Shown here: in pieces, positions 12,107-24,216 of the stretch
How the letters are laid out: each line of letters opens with the position of its first letter
Numbering within the stretch: the stretch's first letter is position 1
Source: Lophium mytilinum
Taxonomy: Eukaryota
Reading direction: 5' to 3'
DNA: 64,000 bases
Assembly: GCA_010093605.1 (NCBI GenBank)
Contig: MU004198.1
Coordinates: 250,726-314,725, forward strand
Made by a program: the position numbers and the translations under genes
The notes under the pieces: model-generated
Seen by the model: only the letters and a program-made list of their open reading frames with translations
Told to the model about the DNA's origin: nothing
Databases searched by the model: none

Positions 12107-12655
12107 GTATGGCAAAGGTGGCAAAGTCAGCAAACATTGAAGAGTCATTGTAGACTCTCAATGGGTGTACGGCTCGCAAGGCTCTCTCCACTACGTGATT
12201 CATGGCAAATAAAGTGTCCTAAAATGAGAGCGAATGTGTATAGGCGTTCCGTCGACATCATCCTGACTCCGTAAGATGGTCCATACATTCACTCTGTGAC
12301 CCTGCGAGGCAACTTCAAAAAGCAAGAACATATGTTAAGAGTTGTCGTATTACACAAACACATCTTTCTTTTGCGTCCCCGAATTTTGACCACAGTGTCA
12401 CGCCGGGCCTGAAGAAGTGGCACTCAGCAAGCATATTGTCTCGTGCCGTCGTGTGTACACATGTTTGCCAATACTTAAAGTGTTACTATTGAAGCGCCTC
12501 AGCGGTAGCAGTTCCATGCTCAACGATTCTTGAAGTTGCTGTTATGAACAACATGCATTTGATAGCCCAACCCCAATTCCCCTGAACGCCTTACCATGCA
12601 TGCATATCGTAACCCCGATTCTGACATTCTTATCTCGTGATCTTCATTTCAACAC

Positions 12656-13297
12656 TCACTTCTTTCCCTTCTTCTTCTTCTTCCCACCCCCGGCCGCCCC
12701 TCCGCCCGGCGGTCCCTTCGCATCACCAACTTTCACATCCTTGCCCGTCCCCTCCGGCACCGGCGTATGTGTGCCCGTTTGATCTATCGGCGCGTTCAGA
12801 TCTGCCAAACATACAATCAGCGCACGCTCTACAGCCTCGAGTCCTTCTATTACAGTGGTTAGAGGGGTCGACTCACCTTCCACAACCTCCGGCAGCGCCG
12901 CCATAACCCTTGCCAGTTTCCCCAAGCTTCCCACCAACCGGCCCACCTCTGCTGCTTTATTGGTCTGATACTTCAGACATGTGCCGGAGTCTGGGTCGTA
13001 CGTTTTGAGCGTGAATGTTGCGATATTGAGGCGAGTGGGAGTAGCGGACGCATCGTCGGATACCGGGGCTGCTGCAGGTTCAGATCCCGCCGCGGCAGCC
13101 TTCTTTCGCGATTTCGAGACCTTGGAGACTTTGGGGCTGAGGACGGAGTATTTAGATGAAACTCGGGTCTTGCACCGGGGTTAGTGTGGGCATTGAGGGA
13201 TGGGTGGGGAGCTTGAATAACATACAGTTCTCGGGTAGGCTTTTACCAGGAGAGAGGACTGTGCGAGCCATTCTGAGCTGGTTGAGATGTGAGGCAT
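12656..13297 (-). CDS. SRP21: Signal recognition particle subunit SRP9/Srp21 (1 intron)
   Basis: MPHISTSSEWLAQSSLLVKAYPRT|TRVSSKY...TLKTYDPDSGTCLKYQTNKAAEVGRL plus a lysine-rich tail GGGKKKKKGKK. Intron 13169-13225. Confidence 0.85.
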
Positions 13298-13707
13298 GTT
13301 GGGCTGGTGGTTTTGGGCGGAGAGGGATGAATTGGGGAAGCTTTTCGCGGGGTTGAATGGGGATGGAAAAATGTTTGGCCGAGGAGTGCTGACATCTGGG
13401 GTTGGCCTTTCTCAGGCATCCACCTCACTCCCAATAAGAGGTCTAATTCACCCAATACTACGATTGAAGGCACTTAGTAGACTGGCTCAGCGGTCAAACT
13501 TCTCAGGTCTAGCCGTACTCTCAAACTTGGACGCCCTAACGTCCTTAACCCAGCCGCAATTTCTTTTGACTGGCATTAGCAACTCTTAGAACATCTTAGA
13601 ATTTCGAGAAAGTACCTACATATGAGTCAAACATATTATTTAGACTTGCAGCTCTCCAATTTCTTTTTCCCATCCTCTTGCCCTCTGGGTCGAAGCACTT
13701 CACTATC

Positions 13708-15372
13708 ATGTCGAATCAGCATGGGAGATTCCACAAAACCAAAGGAAACACTCTAGACGTCGACATGAAATCTCTAAACATTCATGAAAGCATGGCCGTA
13801 GTTTCTGAGGCGTCTAAATCAGAAAACGACCAGGCCGCCGACCAACCATCTGAGGACACAGACGCGCCAGAAAATCCTGCCGAGCTAGAAGCCATTGCGC
13901 AGGACTTATTGAGCAGAGCCAAATCCCTCCTATCCGAAGTCGAAACATGGATTGAAGCTGTCCACCAGAAGAAGTTAAGCACGGGTCAACGGGCCGTAGA
14001 ATACAGGACCATCAGAAATGACATCGAGGCTGAGATTGGATTCCTACAGAAACTCGCTACAATGGATCTGTCCCAAGAGAAAGCGCGGCACTACATTGTT
14101 TCTTCCAATCTGATGTATTTCGAAGCCATGTGGGCTGCTGCTAAAAGATCTTCGGGTCTTTTAGCCTTCAGGAAAAACCTGTTCCACAGTCGACCAGCAG
14201 AACGGCGAAGAGGGGTCGAGCAAAAGTAATATCACTCTTACGCGTGATACTGTAGGCTAGACTAATTTGATTCTAGAGGCGCCACGCCATCGAGGGTTCG
14301 GGGAGACGACAAAGCGTTTGCTCTCGTAGATATCATCGCTTGCGATGGGCTTGAGTGGATCAAAATCTCTACTATGTCGGAAAAACGACTCTTATTCGAT
14401 CTCGCTAAGCTAGGATGGCAAAACGACGCGTTTTCAGACGATGAAGATGAAGACATGAATGACCAGCCAAATAGACTCGATGAAGATGACGACGACGAAG
14501 TATCCTTGGTGAAAACGGCACGAGATCTAGCGAAAGGTGCCCCCAAAAGTCGCGTCATGGGCAAAATACCAACTGTTCGTTTTGTTCTACCGAGGATACA
14601 TTCGGGAAAGATAAAGGAAATCGATAGTGTAATCCAAAAGATGAGAGCTACGGGCGCCATCGTCGAATGCGGAAACGATCTGGAACTACCTCCGCCGATG
14701 GAAGTGGCTCTACCTCGTCTTCTCGTCGATCGATCTACCAACTTCACCGAAACCCTCAATATCGATTGTACCATTCTCCTCGCGATTATAAGCGACATTA
14801 GTCATGCCGACGTTCCAATACAAGATTGGTACCCTCCCGCGGTGAAATCTCAGATCGTTTCAGAGGCCAAAGAACGTCTTCTCCCCACCCAATTCTACCC
14901 AATATTGAACGGCCGTTCTATGGTCTGTACAGAAGAAGCGGCACTACAAATGAAAGAGATTGCAGCTATTATCGGCACGGAGACGGAGAAACAGCGTGCC
15001 CTTGTCCTCTTTGGTGAAATATCCCACCAATCTGGGGAAGATCTTGTCATGGCCTGGTCGAAGCTATCCGCCTATTCTACTCCGGCGGACTTCCTTCTCC
15101 CTATTCGAGTTCTTCCAAAAGATGTGCCAGATGCCCGAATCTCTCCAGCAGCTGCCGCAGTGGCCTCCGAGCTCACCCCGATCAATAGCTCTGTTTTTCT
15201 CTTTGGCTGGATGGCTGGTCTCACTACGCTAACATCGAACCGGACAACGGTGAAGCAAATAGACCGTATAGTGGACGATGTGGGCTTGGAAAATTGGGAT
15301 TCTGGGCCGTTGCTCTGGGTCTCTGAAGAGGCAAGGAGTTTGATCGCCAAGCAGGGCAGGCGGAAAGCGTAA
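13708..15372 (+). CDS. DUF1308 / UPF0415 (C7orf25-like) family protein (1 intron)
   Basis: SSNLMYFEAMW, LVDIIACDGLEWIKIST, TLNIDCTILLAIISDISH and TTLTSNR motifs. Two ORFs are joined by an intron at about 14226-14277. Confidence 0.8.
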
Positions 15373-16022
15373 CCGATCTTAAGCCCTTTCGGTGTGAGTG
15401 CGCAGTAGAGAGTACCAGATGCACCATACACAAACAAATAGAAGCAAGCGCGGATGAAGCCACTCGCAAGCTTCACACTGCCATGTCGAATTCAAAAGTG
15501 ATGAAGCCACCGTCACTATGAATCACTCACCTCTCCTCCTAGCTTCGCCAATTCATACCGTGTGTATTCTCAATTGGTTTTCCTTGACCGCTCGTTTATC
15601 CTAGGGAGGTCCGAATGAACGCTGGAATATTACGAGATTATAAGATTCTACGACTGTGCTATCCGGTGCTACACGGTTCTCTTCGAATAGGATAAGTTAT
15701 TGATCGAACAACATATATCCTGATAACAAGGAGTTTTCTAGACCTGCCCTCAAAGGAGGTCCCCTCGTTTCTTCAAGCTAAGCTGACCAATAACGGAGGT
15801 TATTACTCCGCCGTTGATGTGGATCCCGGAGATCGGCATAGAGACGGGGAGTTTTGCCCTCTTGGGATTGATGGATGTGGGGAAGGTCCAACGTCACTTC
15901 ACGAAAAGATTAAACATGCATACTTATAACTAGATCTCGTCTAAGTTCAAATCTCATTTCTAGCGCAGCGACGTAACAAAACCTATTTCTATTATCTTCT
16001 CGTATGTACATATCTTTTCAAG

Positions 16023-17195
16023 ATGAACGGCTTTCACAATCCCATCCCTTCCCGACATTTCCCCAAAGACACGCCTCCATCTCTCTCAGACTTCAAAATC
16101 CTCTGCTCGAAAACCACTCAAAGCAAAGAATACCCCCTAGCCTCCTCCATCCAATCCAACATCCCAATCTACACTCTCCCCCCCTTCTCATCCCTCCCCC
16201 CTTCCCAAATCTCCGCCCTCCAAGACGAATGGCACCAGATCCTCCTCTCGGGCCCAGGCGTCTTCGTCACCAAAGCCACCCTCCCCAAACCCACCATAAC
16301 CCTTACCAACACTATCTACACCTCGATCATCGCCTCGGAGCTCGCCACCGCAAAAGGCGACCACTTCTCCTCCGCCGGCAACAACAGCCGCATCTGGAAC
16401 TCCTTCAGCAAGCACGCCCTCGCCGACCCCCCCAGCTTCATCGCCTACTACTCCTCCCCCTGGCTTTCCGCCATCAGCTCCGCCTGGCTCGGCCCCGCCT
16501 ACCGCATCACCGCCCAAGTCAACCTCGTGCGCCCCGGCGGCGCCGCGCAGGTCGGCCACCGCGACTACCACCTCGGCTTCCAGACCGCAGAGGCGACGGC
16601 CGCGTACCCGAAGGTCACGCAGATCGCGACGCAGCTGCTCACGCTGCAGGGCGCGGTCGCGCACTCGGATATGCCGCTCGCGAGCGGGCCGACGCGGTTC
16701 TTGCCGTTTAGTCAGATGTTCGAGGCCGGATATGTTGCGTACCGGATGCCGGAGTTCCAGGAGTTCTTTCAGGAGAGCTTTGTTAGTGTGCCGTTGGAGA
16801 TGGGGGATGGGGTGTGGTTCAACCCGGCGCTGTTTCATGCGGCGGGGGAGAACACGACGACAGATGTAGAGCGTTGTGCGAATCTGTTGCAGGTGAGTAG
16901 TGCGTTTGGGCGGACGATGGAGAGTGTGGATGCGGTGCCGTTGGTGGAGAAGTGCTGGGGGAGGTTGGTGGAGATGTTTAAGGAGGAGGGGTGGAGTGCG
17001 GAGGTTGAGGCGTTGGTGAGGGCACTTGGGGATGGGTATTCGTTTCCGACGAATTTGGATCGGAGACCGCCGCAGCCTGGAGGTATGGCGCCGGAGAGTG
17101 AGCAGGATGTGCTGAGAAGGGGGTTGAGGGATGGGTTGGATGTGAAGGGGGTTTTGAGAGAGTTAGAGACGATGAGGGAAGAGTCGAAAGCCTGA
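16023..17195 (+). CDS. Fe(II)/2-oxoglutarate dioxygenase of the phytanoyl-CoA dioxygenase (PhyH) family, intronless
   Basis: Facial triad HxD..H (GHRDYHLGF ... LFHAAGEN), with R in the VERCANLLQVSSAFG segment. Confidence 0.9.
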   Translation: MNGFHNPIPSRHFPKDTPPSLSDFKILCSKTTQSKEYPLASSIQSNIPIYTLPPFSSLPPSQISALQDEWHQILLSGPGVFVTKATLPKPTITLTNTIYTSIIASELATAKGDHFSSAGNNSRIWNSFSKHALADPPSFIAYYSSPWLSAISSAWLGPAYRITAQVNLVRPGGAAQVGHRDYHLGFQTAEATAAYPKVTQIATQLLTLQGAVAHSDMPLASGPTRFLPFSQMFEAGYVAYRMPEFQEFFQESFVSVPLEMGDGVWFNPALFHAAGENTTTDVERCANLLQVSSAFGRTMESVDAVPLVEKCWGRLVEMFKEEGWSAEVEALVRALGDGYSFPTNLDRRPPQPGGMAPESEQDVLRRGLRDGLDVKGVLRELETMREESKA

Positions 17196-17346
17196 TGATT
17201 TTATTTGTGATTAAAATATTGAGCCTCTAAGGATACTATGTGTAGTCGAAGAAGTGCCAATATGACACACGTCCAGCTTAGAGTATGAAGATCTCCACGT
17301 CGTGAGGCCGTTCAGAGCCTGCACTGTGTCGAGCCCTCCACCTAGG

Positions 17347-19253
17347 TTACAGCCGGTCATACCGCCCCTGCCGTGCAGCGCTTGGAGTCTGAATCCGCTT
17401 GAATACGTTTTTGATTCCATGGCTCCCACCCTCAATCTCATCCACAAAGACGAGCCGCTGCCGACAACTTGCCTCTTCAAAGGTTCCCATCTCGCCGTGG
17501 GCCGTCGTCCTAGTTCCCTTCCACTTCAATTTCGGCAGCTTGCTATCCCGCTCACTGAGTGCGACAGCATTGCATAGTCCATTCGCCCTCCCACTATGCA
17601 TTACCTCAGTGAGGTCCATAGTCATAGCCGCGATCGCCGTATCCCGCACTGTCTTCGTTGCGCTGGATCTCTGAGCAATGTACACAAGCACCGCGGATAG
17701 AGCCAGCGTCATGTTCATCCCCAGCCATCCGTACAATTTGGCTCTAGCAATCTGAGATTGAACGACCGATTCAGCTCTTCTGAACGAGGCAGACTCCGTA
17801 TCGTTGCCTAGGTTCTTCATCAATCCGCTCCACGCCGCGTGATACCCCAGTGTTAGCATTCCGGAGGTATACTGCGTTATGTCGCGGTTCAGGTACGGCT
17901 GCGTGAATTTCTGCATGACGGTGTACTTCATCACTTCTGACATGTAGTCCAGCGACAAGCACGTCAACCAGTCGTCTTCGGGAACGCGTGCTGTCGTTGT
18001 GCAGGTTGCGTACCGGTCGATAGAGCCATCGGGCGAAGCGATACAGTCAGTGGCATTGTGTTTCCCAGCAAGGATAGAGGCGTTTGCGACAATATAACAA
18101 TAATTAGCGGCCCAAGTGTCGTTGTCATAGACGTAAGGAACTTGGAATTGGCTGACGGCGGGTAGCTTGCCAAATGCGTCTGACGTCCTTGGACACGCTG
18201 TGCTGTTGTTGATTATGGTGCCGTCCTCCAAACGTTCGCCCGAGTTCAGGGTCTGTAATTTGACGTATACCAGCTTATGGCCTGAAAAGATTTCAGGCTT
18301 CTCTGGCGGGACGTAGGAGTCATAGAACTTCTTGTCTTGCATAATTGCTACGGCACCGAAATCTCGAGTCACAAAGCTGTTATTGTTTACGTCGATGTAG
18401 TCGGAATTGCCGATGCGGTCGCGATAGTGGACGACTGTGTGATTAACCCATGTAAGATTAACGTCGAAATACGGGACTGTGAGACTCATAGAGCTGTTTG
18501 TAGTCAGGTATGGGTGAGTTGAATCAAAGTATCTGCGTAAGGGGAGGCCGGTCGGGTTGAAGGCGTATAATGGGTCTTTCCCAGTCATGGCGGCTGCGCT
18601 AACAACAGCCAGATAACTCGTTTCCATATCTTGCCAGAAGTTCCAATATGCGTCTTTGACTATTGCCCCCAGCGATGTTTGTGTGGAGCCTTCGAGGAGC
18701 CTTGTCCAAGGGAGCCACGCTACTGAGAAGACGCAAGTGGAGCGGAGAATGCGGACGGCCATAGCAAAAAGATCACGACCATCGCCCATGCCGACCATAT
18801 TGTTTGCGTGGTAGAACCGCGTCCGGGGAAGATAGGCACTCGCCAGTTGCTCAGGCGCGTTATCTCGGCCAGTGATACTCCGCGCTTCTCGAGTAGGATG
18901 AAAATAATTCTCCAGGCTAAGAGCGCGGTACAGGTGCTACCTAGAAGGCGTATACCGACTAGTGCGATGGATATGAGGCCGGCAACTTGAGTTTGGTAGA
19001 GGCCAGACTTCCACTGAAACCAGAAAGGAGGCGAGCCGGTGTGGAAAGTGTTCTCGTCAACCCAGATGGTGATGCTAAGGACGAAGAACCCGCAGGCTGC
19101 CGCATGTAGTAGGAAAAGGTACCAAGCTTCGAAGGCGTTCCATTTTCCCGAATCGTCGGAGCGTAGGACACACTCATCTGTTGTTTTGCTTTGGGGTATC
19201 TTGACGGCGATAGTCTCGTAGACCGGTGTGTGGTAGCTAGGGCTAGACTCCAT
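17347..19253 (-). pseudogene. Multi-TM fungal membrane protein of unknown function, split by a 1-nt frameshift
   Basis: The N-terminal ORF (three hydrophobic segments) ends ...APLASSQ* and the downstream ORF continues SVAWLPW. No intron signals are visible at the junction (~18722-18730), and adding one base gives APLASSSVAWLP. Confidence 0.65.
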
Positions 19254-19730
19254 ATTCAAACAACAGGGGATATATGGAAACTGGCACAGAACCGGACAGA
19301 AAAGGTGGAATTAGGCTGCGCCTGTTGAGCCCCGCTAGTGGTTGAGGGAAGGTACTGAAGAAGAGGAAGGCACGGACATGCAGACGGGCCATGACTTCTC
19401 TAGCAAGACAACGTGGCCGTCGCATGTGAAAGTGAAGTACGGAGGATTGCTGGCAGTGAATTGTAACGTCACCGTCCTGAATGGGGGATATTAAGGGTGG
19501 GTTGGGCCGCAGAGCGGTGCTTGCACCAGCTGCCAGCTTTCCGTCCAATCAGCGCGCCCAAGAGCATTTTCGAAGGATTCGGGATACTTTAGACGGTGGT
19601 CCTTTTTCTTGTTCATCCTTGGGACAAAGTCAAACTCGTGAGGAGCATGAAGCTGAATGGCCTAAAGATAGCTAGCCATTGATTGTTTTTGATATTGTTA
19701 CAGTAGAAGATATATGTCCAACATACCTCC

Positions 19731-20988
19731 CTAGAGGCGTGACTTCACCCAGTCTTCCACGACCACATGGCTCTTCCCCTTCTCCTTATACCCAAACATC
19801 ACGTCAAGAATCATTTCCTCGTGCGCGGAGCGTTCTGTGACGGCCGTCGTCACCTTCCCACCCGCGCCACGGAAACCCTTCCTGAATCGTGCCATGAACT
19901 CTTCGATCCCTTCAATTAAGACCTCATCGGCACCGCCCCAAATTAGCACCTCGTCCACGACGTTGGCGACGCCCTCCCAGAACGACGCCGGGGCTGTTAC
20001 GGGCTCTGAGTAGAAGTCGCCGGCAAATGGAGAGTCGCTGCCGAGGAAGGCGGCGGACCAGAGTCGCAGCACGCGGCCGTCGAAGGCGTCTTTTTCTGCG
20101 TTGGTTTCGAATGACGAGATGAAAGTGTTGAAAGATACCCAGGGTGATATCAAGAAAGTGGCATGGAATTTGGAGGGTAGGGAGAGGGTGGGCACTGCGG
20201 GGTTGGGATGGGCGAGATGCGCGAGTACGCCAATTGTAAGGTTGCCACCAGCCGAGTCACCACCGAGAGTAATCTTTGAAGAGTCAGCTGTGTTGTTCGA
20301 GGGTCGAGGGTCGAAACTTAGGAACATACGTTTGTTGGGTCCCGCTTCTCAGTCTCAATGAGGTGTGTCAGAAGCTCAATTGCCTGGGTCAGTTGGGTGG
20401 GGTATTTTGCTTCCGGGGCGTTGGTGTATGCTAGAAGTAGGACAGCTGTGTCCCGTCCAGCAGCGATACAAGCATCTTTCATGTCTGCGAGGAATTTCAT
20501 TTGGCCTGCGTTGGCAGGTAGAACGTATCCGCCGCCTGTGGAAGTAATTAACATTTACGCTTCTGCTACTGTCATCAGTACGCTCCAGCTCACCATGGAA
20601 GTAAACTATTGTCTTTTGCGCGTTCTTGTTCCCAATCCAATGCGCCTGTGTGCCGCTCGGTAGCGTGATGGTATCAGGCGCGAAGCCTGTATCCTTCGCA
20701 AACTGAATGTATACTTCGCTGGTCCACGGATTCATGTATCTGAACTGCGCTAGGTTCAGGGCGCCTAGTTGGGACCGCATCATGGCGAAAGTGACATCTT
20801 TGAAGTAGCTGGAGGCGCCTTTCTTGCCCTTGAAAGGCGAGGTTCCGAGCCGGACGACTGCGGCGGCCACTGTCGAAGTTACAGATTAGTATAGGCTTGA
20901 TAGGAGAGGCAACCAGGCACGAACTTGCTCGGAGGGTAATGGAGGCAATGCCTATCTTGCTAACATTTTGAACCTGAGGATCCGACAT
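19731..20988 (-). CDS. Alpha/beta hydrolase of the HSL / steryl-acetyl hydrolase (Say1-like) type, possibly peroxisomal (3 introns)
   Basis: YFHG|GGY oxyanion motif split by an intron, nucleophile motif GDSAGG, LISPW, and His in SAHEE. Ends in SRL (PTS1 consensus). Confidence 0.88.
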
Positions 20989-21523
20989 AGTGATGAAGTG
21001 TAGTGGAAGACGAGGGTGCAAAGAGTGAAAGGAAGGTCAAACTTACCGTCATCGGCAATGGCTGTCTTTAGCTCTGTGATTAGGAACCTGTGCTACCCGG
21101 CGGGCATTGTTGCTGGCTGGAATACAGTATCCGAGGCAAAAGGCCCCCGCTTGTGGAAGGGCTAGGAGCTCATTTATGCACGGGAAGCTCTTCTCCTCAA
21201 CGAGACATCGCTAAACGACGACCACGCTACGCACCTTTACGGATTCATATTTGCGCCTTCCGGTCGCTGTTCCCTTACGAAATGAATAAATGAACACCTG
21301 TTGTACCTATGCTATTATACGAATGCGCACCTGTTCACGCCGCTTTAGCAGCTTTCACGCAGTCATGACCTGGACGTAGATCCAGATCTGCTGACTCGGA
21401 ACTCCTGGCCCCGTGGGGTAGCGTGTAACTTGGCGACCGGACATGAGTCAGGCTCCAGAAGGCTGCTGTCGACTCTGACTCTCAACCCCAGACCGTCTGC
21501 CCCGATCACCTTTTCCCCGGATT

Positions 21524-23215
21524 ATGGCAGAAGAAGCGGATACGTCGACGCCTTCGGTAACCTCGAATGACCCCAGTGGCGCCCCTGCGAAGAGACGGAG
21601 GACTTCGCAGAACCCTTCCTCGCGCGGCGTCGCCAACCTCACTCCTGAACAGCTTGCCCGAAAACGCGCAAATGACCGCGAGGCCCAGCGTGCCATCAGG
21701 GAGCGCACGAAAAACCAGATAGACCGTCTCAATGGCCGGATTCGCGAGCTAGAGTCGCAGCAGCCGTACCATGAGCTCCAGGTTGTCCTGCGCGCGAAGG
21801 AGGCGGTTGAGCGCGAGAACGACGATATCCGCAAGAGGCTGGCCTCCGTCCTGACCATCATCCAGCCCATATTGCGCGCCCAGGGCCTCAATGGTGCGTA
21901 TCAAGCTCAAATTCTTTCTTGAAAGCTTGACACTAACGATCTCACAGATTTGGCTGCTGCTGCAGAGCGAAGCCCATTGCCCATTCCTCCACCCGCGGAA
22001 GTAGGCTCCCAAACCTCACACCATCTAGATCGCGAATATCAGCATAGCCACACTCAATCTCAGAACGGCATATCACACACGAATGAGGCCCAAGGCGCGC
22101 AGTCGCCGGGAGCTCAGAGCTCAAGCAGCAGACCATGGCCTTTTCCTGGCGATCCTCCCACTAGCAACGTCAGAGGATGGCCAGGAGCAATTCCCCCCTT
22201 CGATGAGGAACGACATAGCATATCTCAAGAAATGGGCTTTGATGAGCGACTCGGCGTGGACTTCCTGCTAGAGGGTAACCAGAGATTGAAGTTGGGAGCC
22301 CGTCCGGCTCCACACTCCCCCCCAGGGCCGATGATGGCTGGCCACTCTGACCACGCGATGATCGCTCATTCTACCCTACCACGAAACATTGAGCCAACAT
22401 GTCCGCTGGATGTGATCATGCTCGACTTCTTGGCAGACAGGCGGCAGCGAGCTGCGGAGGGGGTGCCCGTGAAGGCCTTGGTGGGCCCGCTTTACCCCAA
22501 CTTTACCTCACTCGTGTATCCGGATCGTCAAATTGAAGCTCACCCTCTTTCAAAGCTCTTCACGGATATCCTGCGTACATTTCCAGATATATGTGGTCTT
22601 CCCGAGCAAGTGGCTGTGGTGTTCATCATGTTTCTCGTCATGCGGTGGAAGATTGAGCCGACACAAGAAAACTACGATAGACTACCAGAATGGGTCACAC
22701 CCAGGCCGAGTCAGCTGTTTACTCCCCATCCATGCTGGATGGACCATCTGCCATGGTAAGATAGTCAGACTTGGTTCAGTTAATTCACTGCTAACCGGTG
22801 CACTTTTTACAGGCCACGACTTCGTGATCGGATAACAGCTGTGCATCCCTTCACTGTTTTCGATACTTTCTTCATCTCGTATACAACCACCATATCTCTT
22901 AATTGGCCATACGAAGCCCGCGACTGTCTTCTCCCCGTATCAGCTGCAAAGGCCTCATCGACTTCGGGCTCTCAGTTCTCTGCCACGTCTCCGTACAGCA
23001 CCACAGCCCACGCAGGCTCGCCGCCAGGACCACCTACGCCTGGGGGTGCGGCGAGCACGCCAGGAACTGGAGGCTCAAAAGACGACGACTACTGGCTCAT
23101 CAACCCCGCCTTCGAAAGTCATCTCAGAAACTTGAACAATTGGAGTTTGGGACCTGCCTTCCGCACGGCCTTCCCACACTTTGCTGAAACCGTGAGGATT
23201 AAGGAGGGCCACTGA
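21524..23215 (+). CDS. bZIP transcription factor with C-terminal DUF3425-type domain (2 introns)
   Basis: Basic region LARKRANDREAQRAIRERTK with a zipper. C-terminal P.W..P.PSQLF.PH..W.D.LPWP.LRD and F..H.RNL.NWSLG..F motifs. Confidence 0.92.
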
Positions 23216-24216
23216 TGTATATATAGACGAAAGGAAGGTATCAGTGGCGTATTCATTGAAATGGCGTTCTTTTATGTGGCGCTCTGGGCGTAGGAGGCTC
23301 CCTATACGGCCAAAAGGGGCGGCATAAAATCTCGTGCATGGTGCTAGTCTGTACGATTCAGTTTGTGCGATCAGTTCCACTGTCAATCTGGTTTATTTTT
23401 CCTTGTAGTATCATTTTATGCGTTATCGGCGCTATGACAATGTCCCAAGACTTTACCCTGTCTACTCTTCTATACTACTGCCGACGGTGCTTCAACACCT
23501 TTCCAGAATCGAAGAAGCGGCGTGTTACATCATATCTGACTACCTTTTTTCTTTTCTCTTACTACCCTTGCCTCAGACAATCCTAACATGAGATCGAGAA
23601 GGCATGAGAGCTATTCAGCTCGTGGGGCTGTGACTGCACTTGCCCTGTCTATCGTCCCTCCCTAGTCGGGTTCCAACCTTAATTCCACCTCTACCACCCC
23701 GCTTCCCTTTCGCTTCTCGTCCCTCGCCAGCATTTTCGATTGCCAACGTCGCCTTCCATGGCTTCGGCCTTAGCTTTCTGGTTTCCTGCGTTTCGTTGAT
23801 AGTACTTTCGTTGTGCAAATAATAGGAGTCTTCGACCCTACGAGCCAACGCAAGGTTTGAAGGCGCACTCCGTCTCTACTACAACACAACTTCGCCCGCC
23901 GCCGACAGGCTTTCAAGAAGCCCAGCAACCGGCAAGGTCGAACCGGCATCGGAAGCTCTCCTACAGCGTTCTTCGATGGACGAGTGGGCTCAGATGGTCC
24001 AGAAGCGGAAGAACAAGAACAAGGCGGCAGCTCGGGAGAGGAAGCGGTTGAGGTCAGAGAAGGAACACACAGAGAACGCAACAACTGGGGCACTTCGGGG
24101 TTCCGATTCTCACACTGGTAATTCTCTCGCTTGTTTCTTTGACCAGCAGGGCTGATTGTGTTTGTCGTGCTCTCTTAGCATATACGGCACAGCCGGTTGC
24201 CAGTTCGACCGACGCT

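Noticed and set aside
16004..16838. Long alternate-frame and antisense ORFs over GC-rich genes (also 26049-26864, 31675-32277, 40813-41274)
   Set aside because: They are shadows of strong third-position C/G bias, with low-complexity R/P/G/H translations and no motifs.
17180..17195. PhyH C-terminal SKA as a peroxisomal signal
   Set aside because: The last residue does not fit the PTS1 consensus (L/M).
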